Sequence record: SRR31156797_2069 | DNA: 53,708 nucleotides | Direction: 5' to 3' (one strand) | In this document: piece by piece, positions 1 to 10,651 of the stretch | Layout: every line of letters starts with the position of its first letter | Numbering within the stretch: the stretch's first letter is position 1 | Program-made: the position numbers and the translations under genes | The notes under the pieces: model-generated | Told to the model about the DNA's origin: nothing | The model's database searches: none | What the model saw: the letters and a program-made list of their open reading frames with translations, nothing else

Positions 1-115
1 GCGGAAAATTTTATGAATTTTCCGGGTTAAGAATGAAGACGCGGTTAAATTTATGAAGTCCCGAAGGTGGGGGATTATTTTCTTCACTATGAACAAAGTA
101 AAAAATCTCAAACAG

Positions 116-262
116 ATGAAAAAGGATAAAAAATGGCACATCGTAACAGGAGCAGGGTTGGGGATGATTTTCGGCTATGCGATATGGAATGCAGGAACAG
201 GATTGGTGCTGGGGGCTGCAATTGGCTTGATATTGTTTGCATTTAGTAAAAAGAAAAAGTAG
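116..262 (+). CDS. Small membrane protein with glycine-zipper-like helices
   Basis: ORF 53..262; likely start ATG 116 (or 89). GAGLGMIFG...GTGLVLGAAIG hydrophobic GxxxG segments and a KKKK tail. Confidence 0.55.
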   Translation: MKKDKKWHIVTGAGLGMIFGYAIWNAGTGLVLGAAIGLILFAFSKKKK

Positions 263-364
263 AGCCTGTTAATAACCCTCGAGACATTTTATAATGCCAT
301 TTTGCACATAATTTCGGATATTTGAAAACGATAGATTTCAAAACTTTGAATCAAACAAAAAAAA

Positions 365-973
365 ATGGAACAGCAAACAGACATTGAAATCCTGCAGGCC
401 TATGCCAAATCCAAGCACCGGGAGATACATATTACAGAAACCCCTTATCCACGCACTGGAATCCGCACGACACAAAAATACAGGCGGACGGTTTTTATGC
501 CGAACAACCCCCAAAAAACAAGCTTTTTTGTGTGGTTTAACGATCCTTATACAAAAACCATAGGCCAAACAGTTATTTTCAGTGGCGCTTTTATTCCCCT
601 GTCCTCCAGAGTAAAATCAAAACTGGATATCCGTAACAGTTATGTTTTGGATAAACTCAGCCCTTTCTCAAAAGCAAGGCGCAACAAAATCGGGAACGGG
701 CACTTTGATTCAAAAGTTACCATATCTGGTGAAATCGATACGGCAGCGGAAAGGTTGCTTTCGAGAGCCGATATGCAAAAGCAAATTTTGCAGGCCCTGA
801 AAATCCAATCGTATTATCACGTATCCATCAATCAGTTCAACATTGATTTCGTGCCTGAACTTGAAGGCAAACCCACCTTATCCATTATAGAACCGCATGG
901 CTGGGAAATGAAAAGAGAAAACATCGAAAGCATGTTTAATCACATCGAAAAAATCAGGGATATATTAATTTGA
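365..973 (+). CDS. Hypothetical protein
   Basis: 202-aa ORF with an A-rich leader before ATG; no recognisable motif. Confidence 0.7.
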   Translation: MEQQTDIEILQAYAKSKHREIHITETPYPRTGIRTTQKYRRTVFMPNNPQKTSFFVWFNDPYTKTIGQTVIFSGAFIPLSSRVKSKLDIRNSYVLDKLSPFSKARRNKIGNGHFDSKVTISGEIDTAAERLLSRADMQKQILQALKIQSYYHVSINQFNIDFVPELEGKPTLSIIEPHGWEMKRENIESMFNHIEKIRDILI

Positions 974-1169
974 TATTCTCAAGAAAAGCGAAATTTGGTT
1001 TTGCAATTTAACTGATATGTAAATTAAAAATTCTGATTAGTCTGATTTGTAATTATATGCTCATTTGGCAAAATGATAACCTTAGTTTAAGATTGTTTTT
1101 GGTGGGTTTTAGGAAATGAAGCTTGAACCAATTGGATGTTGGGCTTGTTACTTATCAAATTTTAAAACC

Positions 1170-3059
1170 ATGAAATACAGATACAATCTTCATATTTTAC
1201 TGATCACATTAATTGCTGCCTTTTTCGCCAAGCCGGCTATGTCTCAGGGCGTTCATGCCAGGGAAGAATCCCGACTTGACCTTGTATATCAGCAATACAA
1301 CCTGACAGGTGAGCAGGTTGTAATAGGTATCATCGACCGGGGCATCGATTATTTTCATCCGGATTTTATTGATGAAAACAATAACAGCCGTATTTTATTT
1401 GTGTATGATATGCTCAATCCCGAGGGCGCCAACGACCCGGATAATCCCTATGGTATAGGCACTATTTTTTCACAGGAAGATATTAATGCATCACTGGCTT
1501 CGATGTCTGAACCTTTGTCGATGGACAGGTATGGTCATGGGACTGCAACCACAGGTATAGCCGCCGGTAATGGTGCTGCTGTTGCCGGAACCGACTTTCA
1601 GGGAGTGGCGCCAAAAGCCAAAATAATTGTAGTTAAAGCCATACAGGATTATTTCCCTCCTTTTGATGATCAGCCCGGGCAGGCCGGATTTTATGATCCG
1701 GCATACATTCCTGTTGCCATGGACTTCTTAAAGGATAAATTTGATGAAGCCGGTTTGCCGGCTGTCGCATTGATCAACCTGGGCTCCATTGGTGGGCCAA
1801 CTGATGGCACGAGCATAATAAGCAGAGCTATCGATGATTTTGTTGAGGCAGGTTATCCGCTTGTTTGTGGTGTCGGTGATGATGGTGGCGCTGAAAATCA
1901 TGCATCCGCAAGCTTATCTGCAGGAGAAACCAAGGAGTTGTTGATACAGAAATCCGAACCCGGAAACCTCCGGCTGGATCTTTGGTATAGCGAGGATGAC
2001 CGCTTTGAGGTAAGTATTGTCAGGCCGGATAATTCCATGGAAGGCCCCTTTTCCGCTCCGCAAAATGCAAATGCCAGTGACGATCGTATCTTAACAGAAA
2101 TTTATTATTACCACAGGGGTGCAAATGTTGAATTCTTTGGTGCCACATCCAATCGCCGCGAACTATTGATCGATTTCACCGGAGCAACCGGAACTTATAA
2201 AGTAATCGTTGAGGCTACAACCGTTGGAAGCGACGGTTCATTTCATGCCACGCTTAATCCATCTAATTTTGGCAGCTCAAACAAGTTTTTGAGCTATGTG
2301 GTTGAAGGGTATAGCATCAACGATTTTACATCAGCTGAACTGGCCATAACCCCCAGCGATTATGTGGTAAAAAACGACTGGATAGATATGGATGGAAATT
2401 TCAGGCAATTTACCGGACAGGGTGACCCCGGCGAATTGTGGGTGGGAAGCAGTTCAGGGCCTACCCAATCGGAATATCTCGGTATCGATTTTGCCGCCTG
2501 TGGCGAAGTGCTTTATGCTGCTTACAGTCCGAATACCTGGTATAGCCATTTCCCGCATTTGCTGGTGCAGGGAGGTGATAACCATTATGGGATTCAAAAT
2601 GCGGTAAGTGCTGCGGCGCCTCTTACAACAGGCGTTATTGCCCTGATGCTTCAATTGGATCCATCACTCTCTCCAAATCAGATTAAGGAGATCCTTCAAA
2701 ATACTGCACGGGAGGATGGATTTACAGGAACCACACCAAATATTCACTGGGGCTATGGTAAGCTGGACGCCTTTGAGGCCGTTAATGAAGTACAAAATCT
2801 GGTTGGTATTACAACGGATATATTTTCCAATCAATCCGTAACTATATCTCCCAATCCTGCCCGTGAAAAAATGCTGGTGGATGCTTTATTTCAAATTGAG
2901 TTTATTCAACTATTAAATGCCACCGGGCAACTGGTTCATGAGCAGTATACTTCTGGTTATCAATTAGAAATTAGCACATCCCATTTTGAGACCGGCGTTT
3001 ATTTTTTACGTTTATTTCATTCCGACAAGGTGATCATCAGAAAACTTGTGATAGAATAA
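1170..3059 (+). CDS. S8 (subtilisin-family) serine peptidase with T9SS C-terminal sorting domain
   Basis: Signal peptide from ATG 1170. Catalytic motifs IGIIDRGID, YGHGTATTG and NAVSAAAP; WGYGKLDA; CTD ISPNPA...GVYFLRL...RKLVIE. Confidence 0.9.
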   Translation: MKYRYNLHILLITLIAAFFAKPAMSQGVHAREESRLDLVYQQYNLTGEQVVIGIIDRGIDYFHPDFIDENNNSRILFVYDMLNPEGANDPDNPYGIGTIFSQEDINASLASMSEPLSMDRYGHGTATTGIAAGNGAAVAGTDFQGVAPKAKIIVVKAIQDYFPPFDDQPGQAGFYDPAYIPVAMDFLKDKFDEAGLPAVALINLGSIGGPTDGTSIISRAIDDFVEAGYPLVCGVGDDGGAENHASASLSAGETKELLIQKSEPGNLRLDLWYSEDDRFEVSIVRPDNSMEGPFSAPQNANASDDRILTEIYYYHRGANVEFFGATSNRRELLIDFTGATGTYKVIVEATTVGSDGSFHATLNPSNFGSSNKFLSYVVEGYSINDFTSAELAITPSDYVVKNDWIDMDGNFRQFTGQGDPGELWVGSSSGPTQSEYLGIDFAACGEVLYAAYSPNTWYSHFPHLLVQGGDNHYGIQNAVSAAAPLTTGVIALMLQLDPSLSPNQIKEILQNTAREDGFTGTTPNIHWGYGKLDAFEAVNEVQNLVGITTDIFSNQSVTISPNPAREKMLVDALFQIEFIQLLNATGQLVHEQYTSGYQLEISTSHFETGVYFLRLFHSDKVIIRKLVIE

Positions 3060-3150
3060 ATCTTGTATTATTATCAGGTTAATTTATGCTTTCAGATGGA
3101 TTAACTGCTTAAAATTCAGATATTTGAGGATTAATCATACTCATAGTTTT

Positions 3151-3720
3151 ATGCACAACGAATACTACAAAACCAAAGCATCCGTAGCCGAATACATAGA
3201 AATGGCAAAAGATGTGAGCGGTAAAGATTTGATTGATCAATTCAGAAAATTTTTACCTGCGAATGCTGAACTACTTGAACTGGGCAGTGGCCCCGGCACC
3301 GACTGGAAAATTTTATCTCAGCATTACGAAGTTACCGGTTCCGACTTTTCAATGGAGTTTATAAGCCATTTGAAATCCAAACATCCCAATGGAACTTTCC
3401 TGCATCTGGATGCCGCAATCCTCAAAACGGATCAGCTTTATGATGGCATTTACAGCAACAAGGTTTTGCATCATTTGCCCGACCAGGATTTAAAAGCTTC
3501 CATAAAGCGACAATACGAAATCCTGAATAGCAATGGTGTGATCTGTCATTCATTCTGGAAAGGGGAGGGTACGGAGAATTTTAAGGGCATGTTTGTAAAT
3601 TATCATGATGAAAAAGAACTCAGGCATTTGTTTGGGGAATTCTTTGAAATACTTGTGCTGGAGGCATATGCAGAATTTGAAGATGGGGACTCGTTGCTGC
3701 TCATTGCCAGGAAGAAATGA
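3151..3720 (+). CDS. Class I SAM-dependent methyltransferase
   Basis: LLELGSGPG motif I, YDGIYSNKVLHHL; ATG 3151 preferred to TTG 3124. Confidence 0.85.
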   Translation: MHNEYYKTKASVAEYIEMAKDVSGKDLIDQFRKFLPANAELLELGSGPGTDWKILSQHYEVTGSDFSMEFISHLKSKHPNGTFLHLDAAILKTDQLYDGIYSNKVLHHLPDQDLKASIKRQYEILNSNGVICHSFWKGEGTENFKGMFVNYHDEKELRHLFGEFFEILVLEAYAEFEDGDSLLLIARKK

Positions 3721-3793
3721 AGCCTCTTTTTTATCTATAAATGAATGCATACATAACCCAATCAAAAAAAATTGACAACCTAAATTGTAAACT

Positions 3794-4210
3794 ATGAAAT
3801 CACTTCAACATGATCCCAGAGTAATCCTCTCAACCTTATGGATTTTTGCCATGCTCAACTATTTGTATTGCGATGTGATGAGCCTTATGGATGCTAACCT
3901 TTTGAAGCAATATCTTACCGGAACAGTTAATGGCATGGAATTGAACCAGGATTTCCTTTTGGGCGCGGCCGTGCTGATGGAGATACCCATAGCGATGGTT
4001 TTACTTTCGCGAATCCTGAACCGGAAAGCAAACAGGATCGCCAATATCATCGCCGGATTCATTATGACGGTGATTCAAATTACCTCCCTTTTTGTGGGTA
4101 CTCCAGCAAAATACTATCTCTTTTGCAGCATCTTCGAAATTGGTGCTACAGGTTTCATCGTGTGGTATGCATGGAACTGGAAGGCGGGTGATAAACCGGT
4201 TATGGCCTAA
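3794..4210 (+). CDS. Small four-TM membrane protein (DUF6326-like)
   Basis: LSTLWIFAMLNYLYCDV and MEIPIAMVLLSRIL segments; four hydrophobic helices. Confidence 0.7.
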   Translation: MKSLQHDPRVILSTLWIFAMLNYLYCDVMSLMDANLLKQYLTGTVNGMELNQDFLLGAAVLMEIPIAMVLLSRILNRKANRIANIIAGFIMTVIQITSLFVGTPAKYYLFCSIFEIGATGFIVWYAWNWKAGDKPVMA

Positions 4211-4234
4211 TTTATCCATCAAAAAAAATGATTT

Positions 4235-4897
4235 ATGAAAAATCAGGCTTTCCGTAATATTTTCTTTGTACTGGCTTTTTGTTTGCATAATATTAATGGA
4301 ATTGGGCAAACCATTAAAATCCAGGGAGGAACGTCCATATCAAAGCTTGATCTCCAATATCATGGCCTCAATGTTAATTCGGCTTTTGATGATAACTTGA
4401 CTGGCTATTCAGTTTTTGCTGGACTCGATTATCTTGAAAAGACCTGGTTTAATTTTTCAACCAATGCTGGTGTGTATAGGAGAGGTGGGAAAGGAGAAAT
4501 ACAATTGACCAACATAAACGGTGATTCCCTGGGCTCTGTTATCTCCAGACAAAAACTTGATTACCTTTCCATAAATACTACCCTCGATGTAAAGCGACAG
4601 TTTTGGAATACAATCACTCCATTTGTTTCCATTGGGCCAAGAATTGATTACCTCATTAGCTACAGTGATTTTTTTGATGGAGTTGAATCCATTGATGCCC
4701 TCGAAAAGTTTGCGTTCGGCCTGATCCTTGGCGGTGGCATAAAATACAACCCATCTAAAATTCAAATCGGGCTCAGGGCTGATTATTATATGGATTTCAC
4801 CAAGGTAGCTGAATGGAAATTTGAGAATGGTATCGGTGGTGAAATCACTACCTCAACATTTTCAATACAGCTATTTCTTGGCTATCCAATCAAGTGA
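4235..4897 (+). CDS. Outer-membrane beta-barrel protein (Bacteroidota porin-like)
   Basis: Signal peptide, alternating beta strands (LDYLSI, GPRIDYLI, GLILGGGIKY), C-terminal LFLGYPIK. Confidence 0.75.
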   Translation: MKNQAFRNIFFVLAFCLHNINGIGQTIKIQGGTSISKLDLQYHGLNVNSAFDDNLTGYSVFAGLDYLEKTWFNFSTNAGVYRRGGKGEIQLTNINGDSLGSVISRQKLDYLSINTTLDVKRQFWNTITPFVSIGPRIDYLISYSDFFDGVESIDALEKFAFGLILGGGIKYNPSKIQIGLRADYYMDFTKVAEWKFENGIGGEITTSTFSIQLFLGYPIK

Positions 4898-4977
4898 TTA
4901 ACCCAGCGTTTTAAAGCGTAATCAATTCGCCAGGAATTGTTTCTGGCTTATCCGAAATGGATCTTTGTATCGGAAAA

Positions 4978-7041
4978 CTATTCCCACTCCAGCCCGTACT
5001 TATCGCTGATATCCAGTGGAGGCATCGGGCCATCCAACGGTTTGGCATCTTTCACGTACCAGTCGAGCCAGTCAATCTGGCGATACAGTACATCAATTCT
5101 GCCGGGCTGATTCCGGTTGCCGTGGCCTTCACCGGGATATTGTACAAGCCTTACTGCAGGATGATCATTCATTTTCATTCGGCGGAACAGCTCAAAGCTT
5201 TGGGATGGATGTACACGTGTATCGGCAGCGCCGCCATAGATCAGCGTGGCTGTTTTACTTTGATGAGCGTAATATATGGGGCTTCGCTGTAGGTTCATCT
5301 CCCATTGTTCTTCGAGCGGTTTGCCGCTGTGCACCAGAAGTTCCTCCCAGGCAATGTCGGTGGTGCCGCGTTTGCTGATTACATTGCTGATGCCCACAAA
5401 CATACAAACAGCTTTAACCTTTTCGGTGTAGTAGGTTGCAAACCATGCCGAGGCATATCCGCCATAGGAGCCGCCTGCCATGCCAACTCTGTCTTTGTCG
5501 GCACCATATTCAGCTACAAGGTAATCGATGGCATCTGCCAGGTCGTCAAACTCTTTACCTGCCGGATCTTCAAATCCTTCCATGGCAAAATCAACACCGT
5601 AGCCAGTGCTTGCCCGGTAGTTGATGTAGGCCACCAGGTATCCTTTTCCGGCCATCACCTGCCCGGGGGTAGAATAGCGGCTGAGCCAACCGTTGCTGTG
5701 GTGCGATTCCGGCCCGCCATGAACATAAAGTATGAGCGGGTATTTTTCACCATCCCTGTAGCCAACAGGTTTAATCAGCAGTCCTTCTATTTCCTGTTTG
5801 TCACGCGCAATATATTTGATCACTTCCTGCTGTCCAAAGGTAATGTTACTCAATTGCGGATTTAGATTGGTTAAATTGTCTAAGTTTCCATTGGTATCCA
5901 GGATGTAAATGTTGGAAGGGTCGTAAGGTGAGTTCCCTGAAAAAACAAATTGATTGTCGGTGGCAAGGTATGGCACACTAAAAATGATGCCCATGGTTTT
6001 AGAATCCAATAGGATGGTGCGTTTGTTGTTTTTGATGTTGATGGTTGAAAATTTGGGATATACGCCTTCTCCTGAAAAAGTGTAAAGCTCCTTGTCGTTT
6101 TTCCAATCTACATGACTGATGTGCCCACGGAAGTTTTCGGGGGTATGGTTTTTTATGGTTTCATCTTTGATCGTATATGTAAATGCCTGGCTTACGGCGT
6201 GGTCGTTAATATTTAATGCTGAAGCAAAAGCCAGGTGCTTTCCATCGGGGCTAAAAACATAATTACCCAGTTTACCTTCATTTCCAACTTTCTTTATTAC
6301 CTCTCCCGATGCTAAATCCAGGATTTGAAGTTTTCTGAACATGTAGCGGTGGTCTATCAGGTTTTTCTCCGAACTGGTAAACGCCAGGTGCTTGCTATCC
6401 TTGCTGAATTCAAAATCCCACACATGGGTTCCGGCGAGCAATTCATTGTTTGCTGTCACTTCAAAATTTTCACCGAAAGTCATATGGAAAAGCCTGTTGC
6501 TCTTCAGGTTTTCTTCGTAAAAAATAAAACCGTATCCTCGTTCTTTCAGCTCCTTTTCCATTTCAGTTTCAGCCTCTCTCGAAAGGTAGGCCAGGCCTTT
6601 ACCATCTGGTTGCCATTTGTAACTGATTACACCATTTTTAGCATCAGTCAATTGTTTCATTTCTCCGCCGGCAGAAGGCATGGCCCAAACCTGTGTTTTG
6701 CCGTCCTCAGGTTTGTGTGTAAAAGAAACGTAAGCACCGTCGGGGCTGTATTGCGGGGAACTTGCTTTAAAATCCTTTTCGAATAGCAGGTTGGATGCTT
6801 TGGTGTTCATATTCATACTGTAGTATTTCCGGTGAGCTGAACCCGGTTTTTCATTGGGACTACGTGGTGTGATTATCGAATATATGACCTCTGAACCATT
6901 CGGGCTTAAATCATGGATGCTGCATCGCTCCAAAGAAAGCAGGTCGGCAGGTGTGAATACATTTTGAGCAAAGGCTTGTTGAATTGCAGGGATTGCAAAA
7001 ATCAACATGAGTGTTAAAATAATACTGTAAGATTTTTTCAT
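4978..7041 (-). CDS. S9 family peptidase (dipeptidyl aminopeptidase/acylaminoacyl peptidase)
   Basis: Signal peptide MKKSYSII from 7041; SPDG/QPDG propeller repeats; VHGGPE, GGSYGG nucleophile elbow, DTRV and YPGEGH. Confidence 0.92.
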   Translation of the reverse strand: MKKSYSIILTLMLIFAIPAIQQAFAQNVFTPADLLSLERCSIHDLSPNGSEVIYSIITPRSPNEKPGSAHRKYYSMNMNTKASNLLFEKDFKASSPQYSPDGAYVSFTHKPEDGKTQVWAMPSAGGEMKQLTDAKNGVISYKWQPDGKGLAYLSREAETEMEKELKERGYGFIFYEENLKSNRLFHMTFGENFEVTANNELLAGTHVWDFEFSKDSKHLAFTSSEKNLIDHRYMFRKLQILDLASGEVIKKVGNEGKLGNYVFSPDGKHLAFASALNINDHAVSQAFTYTIKDETIKNHTPENFRGHISHVDWKNDKELYTFSGEGVYPKFSTINIKNNKRTILLDSKTMGIIFSVPYLATDNQFVFSGNSPYDPSNIYILDTNGNLDNLTNLNPQLSNITFGQQEVIKYIARDKQEIEGLLIKPVGYRDGEKYPLILYVHGGPESHHSNGWLSRYSTPGQVMAGKGYLVAYINYRASTGYGVDFAMEGFEDPAGKEFDDLADAIDYLVAEYGADKDRVGMAGGSYGGYASAWFATYYTEKVKAVCMFVGISNVISKRGTTDIAWEELLVHSGKPLEEQWEMNLQRSPIYYAHQSKTATLIYGGAADTRVHPSQSFELFRRMKMNDHPAVRLVQYPGEGHGNRNQPGRIDVLYRQIDWLDWYVKDAKPLDGPMPPLDISDKYGLEWE

Positions 7042-7218
7042 TGTGTTAAGATTCTTCTGGTTATAAAATTTTGCGGACGAAGATAGAAAATTCTCCTCCA
7101 ATTGTGCCAATCAACACCATCCACTTTGGGATAAAGCAAAAAATGATAAACACAAAGCAAGATTGGTCAATGATCATTTTACCGGTTGGTTACCTTTGAT
7201 CCCAAATCTATAGGTATT

Positions 7219-7842
7219 ATGAAACACGAATGGCGCAAACATGAAAAGCATTTTTACCTGCCTAAGCAAAAGCCTGAAATAATTGATGTTCCGGCGTTTA
7301 AATTTTTTACAATTGAGGGTGCCGGAAATCCAAATGATGATCTTTTTGGTGAATTTATCGGGGTACTTTATTCGCTTTCGTATGCCGTAAAAATGAGCCC
7401 TAAAAAAGGCCTTGCACCTGAGGGATATTTTGATTATACGGTTTATCCTTTAGAAGGTATCTGGGATGTGAATGGCAAGGTAAAAAATAGTGGAAGCAGC
7501 TCCTGGACAAAGGATGACCTGGTTTTTAAGCTGATGATCCGCCAACCCGATTTTGTGGATGAGGAATTTGCGCTGAAAATACTTGAGATTACCAAAACCA
7601 AAAAACCACATAAACTATTAGAGAAGGTTAGGTTCGGGGAAATCAAAGATGGACGCGGTGTGCAAATGATGCATTTGGGCAACTACGACAGTGAGCCCGA
7701 AAGTTTTAAGATAATGGAAACTTTTGCCAGGGCAAATGGGCTTATCCGAAAAGGAAAAAACCACCGGGAAATCTACCTGAACGATGCCCGCAAAACTTCC
7801 CCTGATAAATTGAAGGCCGTGCTCCGGTTTTGGGTTGGTTGA
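7219..7842 (+). CDS. GyrI-like small-molecule-binding domain protein
   Basis: VYPLEGIW, LMIRQPDFV, QMMHLGNYDSE and HREIYL motifs; ATG 7219 follows a TACCTTTG -7 box. Confidence 0.85.
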   Translation: MKHEWRKHEKHFYLPKQKPEIIDVPAFKFFTIEGAGNPNDDLFGEFIGVLYSLSYAVKMSPKKGLAPEGYFDYTVYPLEGIWDVNGKVKNSGSSSWTKDDLVFKLMIRQPDFVDEEFALKILEITKTKKPHKLLEKVRFGEIKDGRGVQMMHLGNYDSEPESFKIMETFARANGLIRKGKNHREIYLNDARKTSPDKLKAVLRFWVG

Positions 7843-7960
7843 CAATTCATCATATTGCAGGTAAGGAATGATCATCGAATTACGCCAATTAAACGAATTT
7901 TCAATTCATACAATTCGGTAAATTACTTGATCATATAAAACGTCCGATAATCAAAAACAT

Positions 7961-7989
7961 AAAGCCCTGATGTTTCCACCGGGGCTCTT
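7961..7989 (-). terminator. Possible intrinsic terminator after the ABC permease
   Basis: Minus strand GCCCCGGTG-GAAA-CATCAGGGC followed by TTTATGTTTTT; one stem mismatch. Confidence 0.45.
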
Positions 7990-8080
7990 CAAATTTCTTA
8001 AGGTTGAAAACCTGTCTAATTTCAACCTTTTGGATTATCACTTTATAGTTTGATCTTCACACTGGTTCTTAAGAATTCTT

Positions 8081-10456
8081 CTACTCATATTTAATGGCAT
8101 CCACAGGATTTTTGTTGGCAGCATTATAAACCTTTAATGTAATGGTGGCAACAGAAACCGCCAAAATGATAATAGATGGAACGATAAAAATCAACAGGGT
8201 GCCGCTATTGTATATTTCGTAAATGCTGTCCAAAAGCATTTCGGATAAATAATATCCCAGCACCGAACCAATGATCGCCGAAACAATTATGATCACCAGA
8301 AATTCGATATTTAGCAGTTTTATGATGCTAAGTGTAGATGCCCCCAGCACTTTCCTGATCCCGATTTCTTTCATCCGCTTGATGATTTTTAAGGAAACCA
8401 GTGTGTAAAGGCCCACAAGTGAAAGTATGACCGAAACTACAGCCAGAAATAGAAAAATGTTCACAATATTTTTGTTGATGGTAACTGCCTCGGCGAGGCG
8501 TTCTTGCTGAAGAAACCCCGGGTAAACAGCATTGGGTATTAGTTTTTCCCATTCCAGGCGCATGTAATTATTCAGTTGCTCCAGGTTTTTAGCTTCGGCC
8601 TGAACTACCAAAGTCCTCATGCGTTCTTTAACGCCAAGTTTCAGCATGGCGGGGGATATGTCAGTCCAGAAACCGTAGGGATAAAAATCCTTAACCACGC
8701 CTACTACCGTTAGTTCGGTGGTGTCATTTTCTCTCAGTTTCTGTCCGATGGCCGTTTCCCAGCCGTAGGTCTCTACCAGTTTTTCATTTACGATAATGGC
8801 TTTTTCCCGTTCTGACTCCTTAAATTCCTGATCAAAATAGCGGCCTTCAACCAACTGAAAACCCATGGTTTCAAAATATCCTTTGCCTATATCAAAACCC
8901 TGCACTTCGTGCTCTTCTTCGGCGCCCCACTTGAGCGAGCGGGAATAATTAGACCAGCTTACATGTTCTTCCGACCAGCCTATATGATTAATCATCGAAT
9001 TTTGTATGATGCTATTACGAAATAATTCAAGGGTTGGATTATCGTTAAAGGGAACGGCTATCAATTTATCTTTTTCATACCCCTGCGAAAGCTCCTTCTG
9101 AAATTTTGCATTTTGTGTAAAAATAATGGTAGATATGATGGCAGTAACAGCCAGGATAAACTGGATGACAAGTAATATTTTTGAAAGCATGCCTGCTCCG
9201 CTATGTTTCATATCGCCCCTTAAAATGTTTACAGGGTTGAATTTGCTTACATAGAAAGCGGGATAAGAACCTGCAGCCAACCCGGTAACAAATAACAAAA
9301 CCAAAAGAAATATCCATAAGTGTGCGCCTTCAGCGAAACTCATTTCAATGGTATATTCCCACATAACATTCCATTCGTCCATTAAATAGCCGGCAATGAG
9401 GAGTGATGCCAGGATTGCCACAAAACAGAGCAAAATATTTTCGCCCAAAAACTGAATGATGATTTGAATTCTATGCCCTCCCATTACCTTTCGTAATCCA
9501 ATTTCCTTCAAGCGACGGTTTGAAATGGCAAGTGCAGTATTGGTGAAATTGAGACAAGCCAGTAACAGTATAAGCACCGCCATAATTGTGGGGGCAAGCA
9601 GTGCTGCCGGATGTAAACCGTAGTTCAGCCAGTGATTCCAGGTATCGCGGGCCGTATTGGGAACATCCGCCAGTGGCTCAAGATGAAAGCGGTCGATTTG
9701 AAAATCCTCTCGTGCTTCATTCTGGATGGGGATGTATTTTTCCAGTTGATCTTCGATGGATTTTACCGACCCGGCATCGGGAATGATTATAAAAGTTCCT
9801 GCAATCCATGCCCTCCAGTCGTTTTCCTTGAGCTGAAACATATCAATAAAATTATCAATATGTGTTAATACACTGAACCTAAAGGTGGAATTTTCGGGGA
9901 TATCCTTTAAAATGGCGCCAACCACAAAGCTTTTCTCCTTCCCGTCATCCAGAAACATCTTTATCATCTTACCCATCGGATCTTCGTCACCGAAGCATAT
10001 TTTAGCAAACTCTTCGGTTATGATGGCACTTCTTAAATCCTCAATGGAGTTTACATCACCCCTTAAAAGCGGATAATCAAATAGCTGAAAAACAGTGGGA
10101 TCAGCAAAACCAACAACTTTTTCGAAAATCTTTTCGTCATAGCGAATAGTGAGGTCCGACCGGTGCACCCTTGTAATTTCCTCTATTCCGGCCATCGAAT
10201 TACCTATTGCAGGCTTTAACGACATAGGGTTCATGCCATAGGCCTGGTTGCGGCCATTGGTTTCTTTGGTAAATCCAACTTTATAAATTTGATCTTTCCT
10301 GGACAGGACACTGTCAAAATTATTATTCCAGCGGTAGTTGTAAAAGGCTACAATGCAACTGGCCAGGGCGATACCCAAACCAATTACATTGACCAGTACA
10401 AAAAACTTGTTTTTAAAATAATTACGAATTGTAATTTGAAGGAAGGTTTTAAACAT
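8081..10456 (-). CDS. ABC transporter permease, MacB/FtsX-type with duplicated domains
   Basis: Two KEIGLRKVMGG/KEIGIRKVLGA motifs, two periplasmic domains, C-terminal NPVDAIKYE. Confidence 0.92.
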   Translation of the reverse strand: MFKTFLQITIRNYFKNKFFVLVNVIGLGIALASCIVAFYNYRWNNNFDSVLSRKDQIYKVGFTKETNGRNQAYGMNPMSLKPAIGNSMAGIEEITRVHRSDLTIRYDEKIFEKVVGFADPTVFQLFDYPLLRGDVNSIEDLRSAIITEEFAKICFGDEDPMGKMIKMFLDDGKEKSFVVGAILKDIPENSTFRFSVLTHIDNFIDMFQLKENDWRAWIAGTFIIIPDAGSVKSIEDQLEKYIPIQNEAREDFQIDRFHLEPLADVPNTARDTWNHWLNYGLHPAALLAPTIMAVLILLLACLNFTNTALAISNRRLKEIGLRKVMGGHRIQIIIQFLGENILLCFVAILASLLIAGYLMDEWNVMWEYTIEMSFAEGAHLWIFLLVLLFVTGLAAGSYPAFYVSKFNPVNILRGDMKHSGAGMLSKILLVIQFILAVTAIISTIIFTQNAKFQKELSQGYEKDKLIAVPFNDNPTLELFRNSIIQNSMINHIGWSEEHVSWSNYSRSLKWGAEEEHEVQGFDIGKGYFETMGFQLVEGRYFDQEFKESEREKAIIVNEKLVETYGWETAIGQKLRENDTTELTVVGVVKDFYPYGFWTDISPAMLKLGVKERMRTLVVQAEAKNLEQLNNYMRLEWEKLIPNAVYPGFLQQERLAEAVTINKNIVNIFLFLAVVSVILSLVGLYTLVSLKIIKRMKEIGIRKVLGASTLSIIKLLNIEFLVIIIVSAIIGSVLGYYLSEMLLDSIYEIYNSGTLLIFIVPSIIILAVSVATITLKVYNAANKNPVDAIKYE

Positions 10457-10597
10457 ACCGGATATTCCTGTATTAGTCCTGGTTATTTAACGCTGCTTAT
10501 GATCTCAGAATAGGACGTTAAAGGTAAGGAAAAGTTACAGTCAGGTTCAGGAAGATTAACAATCCACCGCACAACAATTGCAAAAAATGGATTATAT

Positions 10598-10629
10598 AAA
10601 AAAAGCCCCGACATTTTGCCGGGGCTTTT
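10598..10629 (-). terminator. Intrinsic terminator of the C25 peptidase gene
   Basis: Minus strand GCCCCGGC-AAAAT-GTCGGGGC followed by T7. Confidence 0.8.
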
Positions 10630-10651
10630 CAATATTCTGAAAGAAAACTGC

